Positions 9,555 to 21,021 of a stretch of DNA of 64,000 bases are shown piece after piece. Source of the stretch: an uncultured Spirochaetota bacterium (GTDB lineage Bacteria > Spirochaetota > Spirochaetia > SZUA-6 > CAVTHK01); NCBI GenBank assembly GCA_963734495.1, contig CAVTHK010000016.1:1-64000 (forward strand), written 5' to 3'. Position numbers and translations under genes: made by a program. The notes beneath the pieces are model-generated. The model saw nothing but the letters and a program-made list of their open reading frames with translations, ran no database searches and was not told the DNA's origin. How positions within the stretch are numbered: position 1 is the stretch's first letter; the number at the start of each line of letters is the position of its first letter.

Positions 9555-9619
9555 GTGGCCGCGCGCGTACGGGCACGGGCGCGGCCGGGGCCCGAAGAGT
9601 CTCGAGAGGAGGAGACGCA

Positions 9620-11297
<1,678 letters not shown>

Positions 11298-11422
11298 TGA
11301 AGGTCGGCGCCCGGGCATCACGCCCGGCGCCGGCCCGCGGGGCGCCCGGCGCGGGCCTGGTGACGCGCCCCCGCGTTGCTCCCGCCCGCCGCCATGGGTA
11401 AATTGAAGCGGGAGCGCTCCCC

Positions 11423-11812
11423 GTGATGTTCTTCTTCGGACCCTTCTTCTTTCTCCTGCCTCTGATCGTGCTGCTCGTGGCCTCGCGCTTCCTCTCGGGT
11501 TTCTTCCACCGCCTGTTTCACGACGGCGCGGACCAGCCGCTGCTGCGGCAGCCGGGCGGGGAGCCGCCGCTGCTCCACCGGCTGGATCCCGACCGGATGG
11601 AGAGCCGTGTCGTGTCGCTCGCCTACCGCCTGGGCGGTCGCGTGACCGTCTCGGATGTCGTCATCGAGACGAGCCTCGGCATCAAGCAGGCCGAAGAGCT
11701 CCTTGACCGCATGACCGACGAGGTCCGCGTACGGATGGTCGTCGACGACCGGGGGCTGGTCGTCTACGAGTTCCCCGAGGTGATCGACCGGCTCGAGCGG
11801 GAGAAGCAGTAG
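11423..11812 (+). CDS. Hypothetical membrane-anchored protein (N-terminal TM, winged-helix-like C-terminus)
   Basis: Hydrophobic N-terminus; GGRVTVSDVVIETSL..KQAEELLD...G.VVYEFPE pattern; GC-biased codon usage; possible TTGCTC-N17-TAAATT promoter at 11376-11404. Confidence 0.65.
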   Translation: MMFFFGPFFFLLPLIVLLVASRFLSGFFHRLFHDGADQPLLRQPGGEPPLLHRLDPDRMESRVVSLAYRLGGRVTVSDVVIETSLGIKQAEELLDRMTDEVRVRMVVDDRGLVVYEFPEVIDRLEREKQ

Positions 11813-11823
11813 ACGCGAAGCTC

Positions 11824-14800
11824 CTACAGCCGGCGCAGCCGCTCCACCGCGCTCAGGTAGCTCGCGTGGCCGCGCGCCCGGCACTCGGCGAGCCGCGCTT
11901 CGAGGTCCCGTTCGTCGCTCGACGGCCCCAGCACCCTGCGGGCGAGCGCGCGCAGCTCGTCGGCCTGCCGCGGAAGCCGGTGACGCTGCTGGTCTTCGAG
12001 GATCTGCAGCGCGTGCTCGACGCGGCGGAGGAGCGTGTAGTCCTCGCGGATCGAGCGCGCATCGGCCGCCGGGAGCACGCCCGCGGACTCCAGCGCGCGC
12101 AGCGCCTCGAGAGAGTTGCCGGCGAGCAGCTCGGGGTGCGCCGGAGCGATAGGCGAGCTGCAGCCCCTGGATGAGGAACTCCAGGTCCCTGATCCCGCCG
12201 AGCCCGCTCTTGATGTCGGACTCGGTGGTGAGCGCGAGGGCCTGGAGCGCGAGCCCGCGCATGCGCTCGATCGACTCCGCGATCCGCGCCCCGGGCCTCG
12301 GCTGCAGGAGCAGGGGACGCACCCGCTGCAGGAACCGGTCCCCGAGCTCGAGGCTGCCCGCGATCGGGCGGGCCTTCAGCAGCGCCTGCACCTCCCACAG
12401 CGCGGCCCTCTGCTCGTAGTACCCGACCACGGCTTCGAGCGGGTAGACGAGCATGCCGCTGCTGCCCCAGGGCCGCAGCCGCAGGTCCACCCGGTAGGCG
12501 CCTCCCTCGGCGGTGTGCCTGGCCAGGTCGTCGCGCAGGCGCTCCATGACGCGGTCGTAGACCGCGCGGACGCGCTCCTCGTCTTCGCCCGGCGGCGGCT
12601 GGTACAGCGCGAACAGGTCGATGTCCGAGCTGTAGTTGAGCTCGCGTCCCCCGAGCTTGCCGAAAGCCACGACGCAGAACCCGCGGCTGAGGCGGAAGGC
12701 CTGCGCCGGCTCCCCGTCCTCGATCGTCGCCCAGATCCGCTCGAGAGCCCCGCGGGTGATCGCGTCCGCGACCCGCGTGAGCTCGGTGGTCACCTCGGGC
12801 AGCGGCTTGCCCAGCACCAGGTCGCGGACGCCGGTGCGCAGGATCTCGCGCCGGCGAAAGCGCCGCAGCGCGTCGCGCCAGGCCTCGGCGTCGGGGGTTT
12901 CGTCCGCCAGCGCCCGCAGCTCGCCCGCGAGGTCCTTCTCGTCGCGCAGCGCGTGGATGTGGCCGGGGTCGGTGAGCCACGGCAGGAACGCCGGGTTGCG
13001 GATCAGCGTGTCGGAGAGGAACTGGCTCGATGCAAAGAGCCGCAGCAGGATGTCCAGGCCCATCGGCTGGGCGAGGAGCGCGCGGTAGTGCTCCTCCGGA
13101 GAGCCGGCGGCCTCCACGAAGCGCTCCCAGTTGTTGAGCGCCATGTCGGGCGCCGCGGTCCGCGAGAGGATGTCGCAGGCGAGGATGGCGAGGCGCGCGA
13201 AGAGCTCGCGGCGCTCGGGCTGCGGGCCCGCGAGCGAGCGCAGGTTCCGCAGCGCGCGCTCGGGCTCGGCAAAGCCCAGCTCCGTCAGCACCGCGGCCGC
13301 GGGCGCGGGCTCCGGCGCCTCGGCCAGCACGAGGTCCGCGACGTTGCCGATCCCCGGGCCGGGCAGCGTCGACTGGCCGAAGTAGCGCTCGACAAAGGCG
13401 CGCACGCCGGCGCTGGCCGTCTCGAAGTCGACGAAGAGCGAAGTCTCAGGGGGAAGGCTCCCGCGGCGCGAATAGCCCATGCGCCGCGCGAGGTGGCTGA
13501 ACTCGATCGAATCCTTGGCGGGGAGAAACAGGTCCTGCGCCGAGCCGCGCAGCATGCGGAGCGCGTTGATGAGGCTGCGCTGGAAACGGTAGGCCGCGAC
13601 CAGGGCCTCGGCCTCCTGCCGGCGGATGAACCCGCCTTCGGCCAGCCGGTCGAGCGCCTCGTGCACGCTCGGCGTGCGCAGCCTGGGGTTGTCGCCGCCG
13701 TGCATCACCTGCAGCATCTGCACGGCGTACTCCAGGTCCACGAGGGCGCCCCGGCTGAACTTGGTGTTGGGGCCGCTCGACGCCCTGCGTCTTCTCGGCG
13801 AGCTGCTTCTCCCTGAGCGCCCGCAGGTCGTCGAGCCGGATGCTGCCCGGCGAATAGACCATGCGGTCGCGCAGCCGCTCGAGCGTGGCTCCGAAGTCGC
13901 GGTCGCCGCCGATCGTGCGCATGCGCACGAGGGCGAGCCGCTCGAACGAGTGGGCCGCGCCGCCGCGGTCGTAGTAGCGGCTGAAGCTGTCCAGGCTGAC
14001 CGCCAGCGGTCCCTTGTTCCCGTGCGGCCGCAGGCGCAGGTCGACCTGGAAGATGCCTTCGCGCTTGGCGCGGATCATCGAGATCGCGCTCTGCACGAGG
14101 CGCTCGAAGAACTCGGCGTTGCTCACGATCTGCGGGCCCGCCGTCTGGCCCGCGTCGCTGTAGACAAAGATGAACTCGATGTCCGACGCATAGCCCAGCG
14201 CCTCGCCGCCGAGCTTGCCGACGCCGAGGATCGCGTAGCGCGCCTCGAGCCCGGCGACCGTCATCGGCGCGCCGTAGCAGGCGAGAGCGCGCGTCCACGC
14301 CAGCGCGAAGGCCGCCTGGATCACGGCTTCGGCAAGCCGCGTCAGCCGCTCGCTGAATCCGCGAAAGTCGGGCTGAGCGCTGAGGATGCTGTCGAGGTCG
14401 ATCAGGTAGGCCTCGCGGTCCTTGAAGGCGTTGAGCGCCCGCTCCTGCTCCTCGGGCCCGTTCGCCTGGGCCAGCGCCTCGGCGAGGCGGACGCTCGAGC
14501 TGCTCCGGCGGCGTCGCGAAGCTGCGCCCCTCGACGGCGGGGCCGAGCATCGGGATCAGGTTCTCGTACTGCGTGCGGATAAAGTCCTCCCAGAGGAAGT
14601 CGCTGGTCCCGAGCAGCTTTGCGAGGTCCGCCATGACCCGGGGGTTGGACAGGAGGTCGACCCAGCGGCCCTGCTGCGGCAGCGCCAGGATGTCGTCGAT
14701 GAGCCGCTCGAAGCGGGTGAGCGCCATGTACGGGTCGGGGGCCCGCGTGAGGAAGTAGGTGAACTGCTTGGTGAGCAGCAGCGAGAGCCGCACCTGGTCG

Positions 14801-15667
14801 AGCGTCGCCGGCTCGAGGCGCGCTCCCTGCGCCGGCGTCCGCCAGGTCGAAGGTGTCCTCGATGCGCCGGTCGTAGGTCCGGATCGCCACGTGCTCGATC
14901 GAGATGTTCCGCAGCGCGAGAGCCGTGCTGAATGACGAGAGGAAGAACGGCGTGTCCTCCGAGACGACCGTGAAGCGCGTCCATCGAGGGTCGCCCTGAT
15001 CGACCTCCATGTGCACGGGGTAGAGCGCCGCGGAGGAGTCGAGCTGCAGCCGCGACAGGCTTTCCGCCACGCGCTCGTTGACGCGCTGCTTCGCTTCGGC
15101 GAGCCCTTCCTGCCCGCGTTCGAGCAGATCGAAGGTCTCGGTCATGGCGCTCTCGATGGTGGCGCAGAAGCTCTCGAACGGGCCCGCGCCGGCGGCCAGG
15201 GTGCCGACGAAGTGGTCGACGATCCGCCGCCTCCGCAGCTCCGCTTCACGCCGCTCGCGCGCGGCATCCCTCCTCGGCCGGCGCTCGCCGCCGTAGGGGG
15301 CGGGGCTGTACGTGAAGACGTTGCCCGACCGGATGTCGAAGCCGGTCGAGGCCAGCAGGCCGGTGATCAGCGAAAACTCGGAGGGATAGTCGAAGGCGCA
15401 TACCGTGCAGGCGACTTCACCTGAAGGGTCCGTCTCGAGGATGAGCTCGACCGGGTGGTCGGGGGTGACGGCCTGGAGGCGCTCGATGTGGCGCGCGATC
15501 TCAGGCGCGGTGTAGCTCTCGAAGTAGCGGGCCGGCAGCCGCTGCAGGTGCTGCGCCGCGAGGTCCGGATCGACCGCGGGAAAAATCTCGCGGATCTTCT
15601 CCAGCGCCGGCGCCTGGTTGGCGCGGCCGTTCGGGAGCTCCGCTCCGGACGCGCGGGGCGTGCTCAC
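11824..15667 (-). CDS. glnE: Glutamine synthetase adenylyltransferase (GlnE family) with two N-terminal GlnD-like ACT domains; several frameshifts (near 14830, 14490, 14370, 13770, 12150)
   Basis: Two nucleotidyltransferase domains: GKLGGEALGYASDIE...DLRLRPHG and GKLGGRELNYSSDID...DLRLRPWG...KSGLGGIRDLEF; C-terminal YTLLRRVEHALQ; ACT-like segments CAFDYPSEFSLITGLL and SEDTPFFL...IEDTF. Confidence 0.82.
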
Positions 15668-15676
15668 CCGGGCCCC

Positions 15677-17234
15677 CTATCGGTACGCCCGGGGAACCAG
15701 CCCGTGCTCGTGGACGCGAAGACCCATGATGCGCTCGGTGATGCCGAGAGCGCCTGCGGCCTTGGCCATGTTGCCCCGCGAGGTCTTGAGCGCTTCGACG
15801 AGCATCTCTCGCTCGAGGTTGTTGAGCGCCTCGGGCAGCGTGCCGGCGTGCCGCGTGTTGCTGTGCTCGGCGGTCTGAAGCGTCGGCGGAAGGTGATAGC
15901 CGTGGATGACCTCGTCGGTCGACAGGAGCACGGCGCGCTCCATGCAGTTCTCGAGCTCGCGCACGTTGCCCGGCCAGTGGTAAGCGGTGAGCATGTCGAT
16001 GGCGGGGGTCGAGATGCGCTGGACGGTCTTGCGATTGGCCTTGGCGTATTTCTCGACAAAGAAGTCGGCGAGCTGCAGGATGTCGGTCTTGCGCTCGCGC
16101 AGCGGCGGGATGTGGATGGGGAACACGTTGAGGCGGTAGTAGAGGTCCTCGCGGAACCGGCCCGCCTTCATCATCTCTTCGAGGTTCCGGTTGGTGGCGG
16201 TGATCACGCGGACGTTCACCTTGATGACCTGGGTGCCGCCGACGCGCTCGATCTCGCGCTCCTGAAGCACGCGCAGGAGCTTGACCTGCATGCCCTGGGT
16301 GAGCTCGCCGATCTCGTCGAGGAAGATGGAGCCGCCGTTGGCCAGCTCGAACCTCCCCTTGCGGGTGGCGATCGCTCCGGTGAACGCCCCGCGCTCGTGG
16401 CCGAAGAGCTCGCTTTCGACGATCGACTCGGGGAGGGCCGCGCAGTGCACCTTGATGAACGGCTGGTCGGCGCGGGGGCTGTTGTAGTGGATCGCGTGCG
16501 CGACCAGCTCCTTGCCGGTTCCGCTCTCGCCGCGGATCAGCACGGTCGCGTCGCTCCGGCACACCTGTCCGATGAGGTTGTAGACCTCCTGCATCGGGTT
16601 GGAGTTGCCGACGATGTTCGACGGGCGGAAGCGCTCCTGCAGGGCGGCGAGCAGGCGCGAGTTCTCCTCCATCAGCCGCTGCGCGCTCCTCGTGGGCGGA
16701 CTGGCGCAGGCGCACCGCCTGGGCGATCATCGACGCGATGATCGTGAGCAGCTGCATGTCCTCCTCGAGCGAGACGCTGTCGTCGAAGAGGCGGTCCGCG
16801 CTCAGGGCGCCGATGGTCTCCTGTCCCGTCTTGATGGGCACGCAGATAAAGGAGATGTCCTTCTTCTCGAGCCCGCGCCTGGCCCCGGTGCGGTTGAGGA
16901 ACAGGGGCTCCTGCGAGACCCGCGGCACGATCACCGGCTGGCCGCTCTGAACGACGCGACCCGTGACGCCTTCGCCCAGCTTGTACTTGCCGCGCTCGAT
17001 GTGCGTGCTCGAGAGCCCGTACGCCGTGTCGATCGAGATCTCCCCGGTGTTGCGGTTGAGGATCGTGATGGTGCCGCGCATGACCCCGGTGTGCTCGGCC
17101 ATGAGCCGGAGCACGGGTTGAATGACCTCGTTGAGGTCCATGCTCTTCTCGAACGTCTGGCTGATCTCGAAGAGGAGCGACAGGCTCTTGAGCCGTCTGC
17201 CGACCTGGACTTCGGAATCGAGAGCCGCGCTCAC
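15677..17234 (-). CDS. NifA-like sigma-54-dependent activator (GAF + AAA+ + HTH); frameshift near 16685
   Basis: GAF region [68 protein letters not shown] and [11 protein letters not shown]-terminal HTH; GGGAGG RBS before the GTG at 17234. Confidence 0.9.
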
Positions 17235-17272
17235 GAATAGCCTCCCGGATACTTGCGCGTAGCAGCGATGGC

Positions 17273-17304
17273 ACAAAGCTACCAATTTGTCGGCCCGAGG
17301 GCAA
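17273..17304 (-). promoter_or_regulatory. Putative sigma-70 promoter of the NifA-like gene with an overlapping inverted repeat
   Basis: Minus strand TTGCCC-N17-TAGCTT with a TGn extension; ACAAA-N8-TTTGT at 17273-17290 covers the -10 box. Confidence 0.45.
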
Positions 17305-17457
17305 GGCACGTCGAGGCACGCACCGGAACAGCTGCCGGCCGAAAACCCGGCTTGCGCTCGCCAGGCGGCGGCATCGCGTCTGCAGCGGTCCGGGATCCGG
17401 CGGGCGACGCGGAGCGGGTCGCCGTTGGTCCGCCTCCGCCCGCCTCCCCAGCCGTTA

Positions 17458-17486
17458 TTGACATTGGAGGGGGGTTTGGATAGATT
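17458..17486 (+). promoter_or_regulatory. Sigma-70 promoter for tRNA-Thr
   Basis: TTGACA-N17-TAGATT. Confidence 0.75.
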
Positions 17487-17497
17487 GCTCAACCGTC

Positions 17498-17570
17498 GCC
17501 CTTGTAGCTCAGTCGGTAGAGCACCTCCATGGTAAGGAGGGGGTCAGCGGTTCAAATCCGCTCGAGGGCT
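17498..17570 (+). tRNA. tRNA-Thr(GGT), CCA end not encoded
   Basis: Acceptor stem GCCCTTG/CGAGGGC, D arm TAGCTCAGTCGGTAGAGC, anticodon arm CCTCC-AT GGT AA-GGAGG, T arm GGTTCAAATCC. Confidence 0.97.
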
Positions 17571-17590
17571 GGTCCTGCGATCCTGTCCCG

Positions 17591-17620
17591 TTGACACACT
17601 GGCGGCGCCAAAGGTAATGT
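17591..17620 (+). promoter_or_regulatory. Sigma-70 promoter for tRNA-Trp-secE-nusG
   Basis: TTGACA-N18-TAATGT. Confidence 0.6.
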
Positions 17621-17705
17621 ATTGAGTGCGGGGGGCATTACCGTCAGCAGCACAACTAACCGTCACGGCTGTCGTACCGCAGCGGGCGGTGGTGTCGCGT
17701 CTTAT

Positions 17706-17779
17706 AGGCCAGTAGCTCCAACGGCTAGAGCGCCGGTCTCCAAAACCGGAAGTTGCAGGTTCGAATCCTGCCTGGCCTG
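17706..17779 (+). tRNA. tRNA-Trp(CCA), CCA end not encoded
   Basis: Acceptor stem AGGCCAG/CTGGCCT, anticodon arm CCGGT-CT CCA AA-ACCGG, T arm GGTTCGAATCC; canonical position before secE. Confidence 0.97.
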
Positions 17780-17815
17780 TACTCGAATTTTGTCTGGCGG
17801 AATTGGGGATGTCCG

Positions 17816-17995
17816 ATGAACAAGATCATCAGGTTCTTCCAGGAGAGCTACGCCGAGCTGAGGAAGGTGACGTGGCCCAGCAGAGACGACGTGAACGCCT
17901 CGACGCGGATCGTGATCATCTCGACGGCCTCGATCGCCATGGCGCTCGGTCTCGTCGACCTCCTCATATATCAGGCGATCCAGTTGATTTTCTGA
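17816..17995 (+). CDS. secE: Preprotein translocase subunit SecE
   Basis: FFQESYAELRKVTWPS motif plus one TM segment. Confidence 0.95.
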   Translation: MNKIIRFFQESYAELRKVTWPSRDDVNASTRIVIISTASIAMALGLVDLLIYQAIQLIF

Positions 17996-18030
17996 GGCCG
18001 CGCTGAGGGCACTCGGCCGCAAAGGCAGGT

Positions 18031-18578
18031 ATGGCAAAGGGCTGGTTCGTACTTCATGCCTACTCGGGGCATGAGAACAAAGTGAAGAAGCAGATCGATC
18101 TCCTCAAGGAGGTTCACAAGGACGCGATCTTCGAGGTCAAAGTGCCCTCCGAGGAGGTCGTGGAGATCAAGGACGGCAAGCGGCGGGTGACGTCGCGGAA
18201 GTTCCTGCCCGGCTACGTGCTGGTCGAGATGGATCTGCCGGACCGGGGCTGGAAGGAGGTCTGCGGAGACATTCGCAAGGTGGCGGGCGTGACGGGGTTC
18301 GTGGGCACGTCGCGCACGCAGCGGCCGCAGCCGATTTCGGCGAGACGAGGCCAAGGCGATCCTGCAGAAGGCGGGCGAGATCAAGGCCGACAGGACGCTC
18401 AAGCCCAAGCTCGTTCGCGCAGGGCGAGGCGGTGCGGATCGTGGACGGACCGTTCAACTCGTTCACCGGCAACATCGAGGACGTGAACGTGGAAAAGGGC
18501 AAGCTCAAGGTGATGGTCGGCATTTTCGGCCGGGCGACACCCGTGGAGCTCGACTTTTTCCAGGTCGAGAAGATATAG
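18031..18578 (+). CDS. nusG: Transcription termination/antitermination factor NusG (frameshifts near 18343 and 18410)
   Basis: [34 protein letters not shown] domain GPFNSFTG and [18 protein letters not shown] in another frame. Confidence 0.95.
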
Positions 18579-18658
18579 GGGCGGGGCTGCGCTTCGCGCA
18601 TTCCAAGGGCTTGCGGAAGACCGCAAGCAGGGATGCGGGCCACCGCAGCAGGGGCTTT

Positions 18659-18702
18659 CTGGGAGCCTGACGACCGGCCTACGGCGCAGGCGCTCGGACC
18701 AG
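18659..18702 (+). promoter_or_regulatory. Candidate L1-binding leader of the rplK-rplA mRNA
   Basis: CTGG-GAGCCTG...CAGGCGCTC-GGA-CCAG helix-bulge-helix with the GGGAG...GACCA signature, next to the rplK RBS. Confidence 0.5.
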
Positions 18703-18712
18703 GAGGAGGCAT

Positions 18713-19151
18713 ATGGCAAAGGCAGCAAAGAGAATCAAGGCGATCATCAAGCTCCAGGTGCCGGCAAAAAAAGCGACGCCGGCGCCGCCCGTCGGGCCGG
18801 CGCTCGGCCCGCACGGCGTGAGCGCGCCGCAGTTCTGCCAGCAGTTCAACGAGCGGACCAAGAACATCGAAGAGGGACTGATGATCCCGGTCGTCATCAC
18901 GGCCTACGAGGATCGCACCTTCGTGTTCATCACCAAGACCCCGCCTGCCGCCGTGCTCATCCGCAAGGCGCTCGGGCTGGAAAAAGGGTCCGCGGAACCC
19001 AACAAGACCAAGGTGGCCCAGCTCACAAAGGCGCAGCTGCGGGACATCGCGCAGACCAAGATGCCCGACCTGAACGCGAACGACATCGAAGCGGCGATGA
19101 AGATCATCGCCGGGACCGCCCGCAGCATGGGCGTCACGGTGGAGGTGCTAG
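18713..19151 (+). CDS. rplK: 50S ribosomal protein L11 (stop shifted out of frame by a probable 1-nt error)
   Basis: [33 protein letters not shown]. Confidence 0.96.
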
Positions 19152-19152
19152 C

Positions 19153-19834
19153 ATGGCGCGCGGAAAGAAGTACGTGCAGGCGGCCGCCAGGATCGACCGG
19201 CAGAAGAAGTATCCGCTCGAAGAGGCGGTCAAGCTCGTCAAGGAGGCGGCCTTCGCCAAGTTCGACGAGACCGTCGAGGTCGCCGTGGCGCTCAGCCTCA
19301 AGAAGGGCGAGACGGTTCGCGACACGGTCGTTCTGCCGAACCAGTTCGGCAAGGAAAAGAAGATCCTGGTCTTCGCCCGCGGCGACAAGGCCGAGGAGGC
19401 CAGGGCGTGCGGGCGCCGCGTACGTCGGGGACGCCGACCTGATCGAGAAGATCCAGGGCGGCTGGCTGGACTTCGACATCTGCGTGGCCACGCCCGACAT
19501 GATGAGGGACGTGGGCAAGCTCGGGCCGGTGCTCGGGCGCAAGGGGCTCATGCCGAACCCCAAGACGCAGACGGTGACGTTCGACATCAAGGGCGCCATC
19601 GGCGAGCTGCGCAAGGGCCGCGCGGAGTTCCGCGCCGACAAGGGCGGGGTCGTGACCCTTACGGTCGGGAAGGTTTCGATGGAGCCTGACAAGATCCAGG
19701 CGAACGCCGCGGCGTTCATCGGAGAGGTCACGCGGAGGCGCCCCTCGGATCACAAGGGCGAGTACATCAGGAGCGTGACCTGTTCTTCGACCATGGGTCC
19801 CGGCGTCAAGATCGCGGTCGCGGAGGAAGAGTGA
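19153..19834 (+). CDS. rplA: 50S ribosomal protein L1 (frameshift near 19408)
   Basis: [33 protein letters not shown]. Confidence 0.96.
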
Positions 19835-20361
19835 TGGAGCCCAGGATCAACGATCGCAAGAGGGAAGCCGTCGGCCGGATCAAGGAGAGCCTCGGCGGGG
19901 CCCGGGACATCATCTTCACCGACTACCGCGGGCTCAGCGTGCAGCAGATCACCGACCTGCGCGGCAAGCTGCGCGACTCCAGGACGATCTACAAGGTCGT
20001 CAAGAACGACTATACCCGCATCGCGATGCAGCAGCTCGGGCTGCCGGACGCGTCGAGCCTGCTGAGCGGTCCGACGGCGCTCGCTCTCGTGGGCGCCGAC
20101 GTGGGGCCGGTCGCCAAGGTGATTCTCGACTTCACGAGGGACAGCCCGCTGCAGCTCAAGGGGGCCCTGGTGGGCGGCCGCCTCTTCGGCGCGAAGGACG
20201 TGGAGGCGCTGTCCAGGCTGCCGGGCCGCGAGACGCTCATCGCGATGCTGATGGGCACCATGAAGGCCCCGCTGCAGAACCTCGTGTACGTGATGAGCGG
20301 CGTGACCAGCAAGTTGGTGCGGACGCTGGCCGCCGTGGCGGACAAGAAGAAGGCCGGATAG
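19834..20361 (+). CDS. rplJ: 50S ribosomal protein L10
   Basis: DYRGLSV..ITDLR, YKVVKN, GPTALA, LSRLP; start overlaps the rplA stop. Confidence 0.95.
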   Translation: MEPRINDRKREAVGRIKESLGGARDIIFTDYRGLSVQQITDLRGKLRDSRTIYKVVKNDYTRIAMQQLGLPDASSLLSGPTALALVGADVGPVAKVILDFTRDSPLQLKGALVGGRLFGAKDVEALSRLPGRETLIAMLMGTMKAPLQNLVYVMSGVTSKLVRTLAAVADKKKAG

Positions 20362-20498
20362 GCCGGCAGGAGAGAGGGAACGAGAGCGGCTTTAGTCTTC
20401 AAAGAGAAGCGCGGGGGACCGCGCGAGCCCGGGTAAGCCTGGGCGAGAGGTTGCAGCTACTGCCGCCTTGCCAAAATCAAGAGGGAAGGAGAAGTTAA

Positions 20499-20887
20499 AT
20501 GGCAACGCTCACAAAGGATCAGATCATCGAAGCGGTCGCCGGGATGACGGTGCTCGAGGTGTCGGAGCTCGTCAAGGCCATGGAAGAGAAGTTCGGCGTC
20601 ACCGCTGCGGCGCCGATGGCGGTCGCAGCGCCCGGAGCCGGCGCCGCCGCGGGACCGGTCGTGGAAGAGCAGACGGAGTTCACCGTGGTGCTCAAGGGAT
20701 TCAAGGACGGGCAGAAGATCCCGGTCATCAAGGAAGTCCGCGCGATCACCGGGCCTGGGCCTCAAGGAGGCCAAGGACCTGGTCGAGGCCGGCGAAAAGC
20801 CGATCAAGGAAGCGGTGTCCAAGGACGAGGCCGAGAAGTTCAGGAAGCAGCTCGAAGACCGCTGGCGCTACCGTCGAGGTCCGTTGA
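20499..20887 (+). CDS. rplL: 50S ribosomal protein L7/L12 (frameshifts near 20752 and 20860)
   Basis: [53 protein letters not shown]. Confidence 0.95.
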
Positions 20888-21021
20888 GGCAAGGGAACGC
20901 CATACGCCCGCCGCGCGGCCGCCCCGGAACGGACCGCGCCGCGGGCCCGACGAGTCCATTCATCTCGCATCTACCACCGGGGAAGTCGGCTCGGTGGTAG
21001 GTCTGTCATTGGGGGAGGCGA

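Noticed and set aside
15677..17234. Calling the activator nifA and inferring nitrogen fixation
   Set aside because: No nif structural genes are in the window, and GAF-type activators of this kind also occur outside nif clusters.
17269..17285. TGGCAC near the NifA-like gene as a sigma-54 promoter
   Set aside because: There is no TTGC at -12 (TGGCAC-AAAGC-TACC), and on the other strand the GG-GC spacing is 9 rather than 10.
17498..17779. tRNA genes as integration sites of a mobile element
   Set aside because: No integrase, transposase or duplicated tRNA 3' end was seen in the window.
18713..19834. Apparent 373-aa L11-L1 fusion protein in the ORF track
   Set aside because: The middle of the ORF is out-of-frame nonsense, and the true rplA N-terminus starts at 19153 in another frame. 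Indels at the rplK stop and near 19408 explain it.
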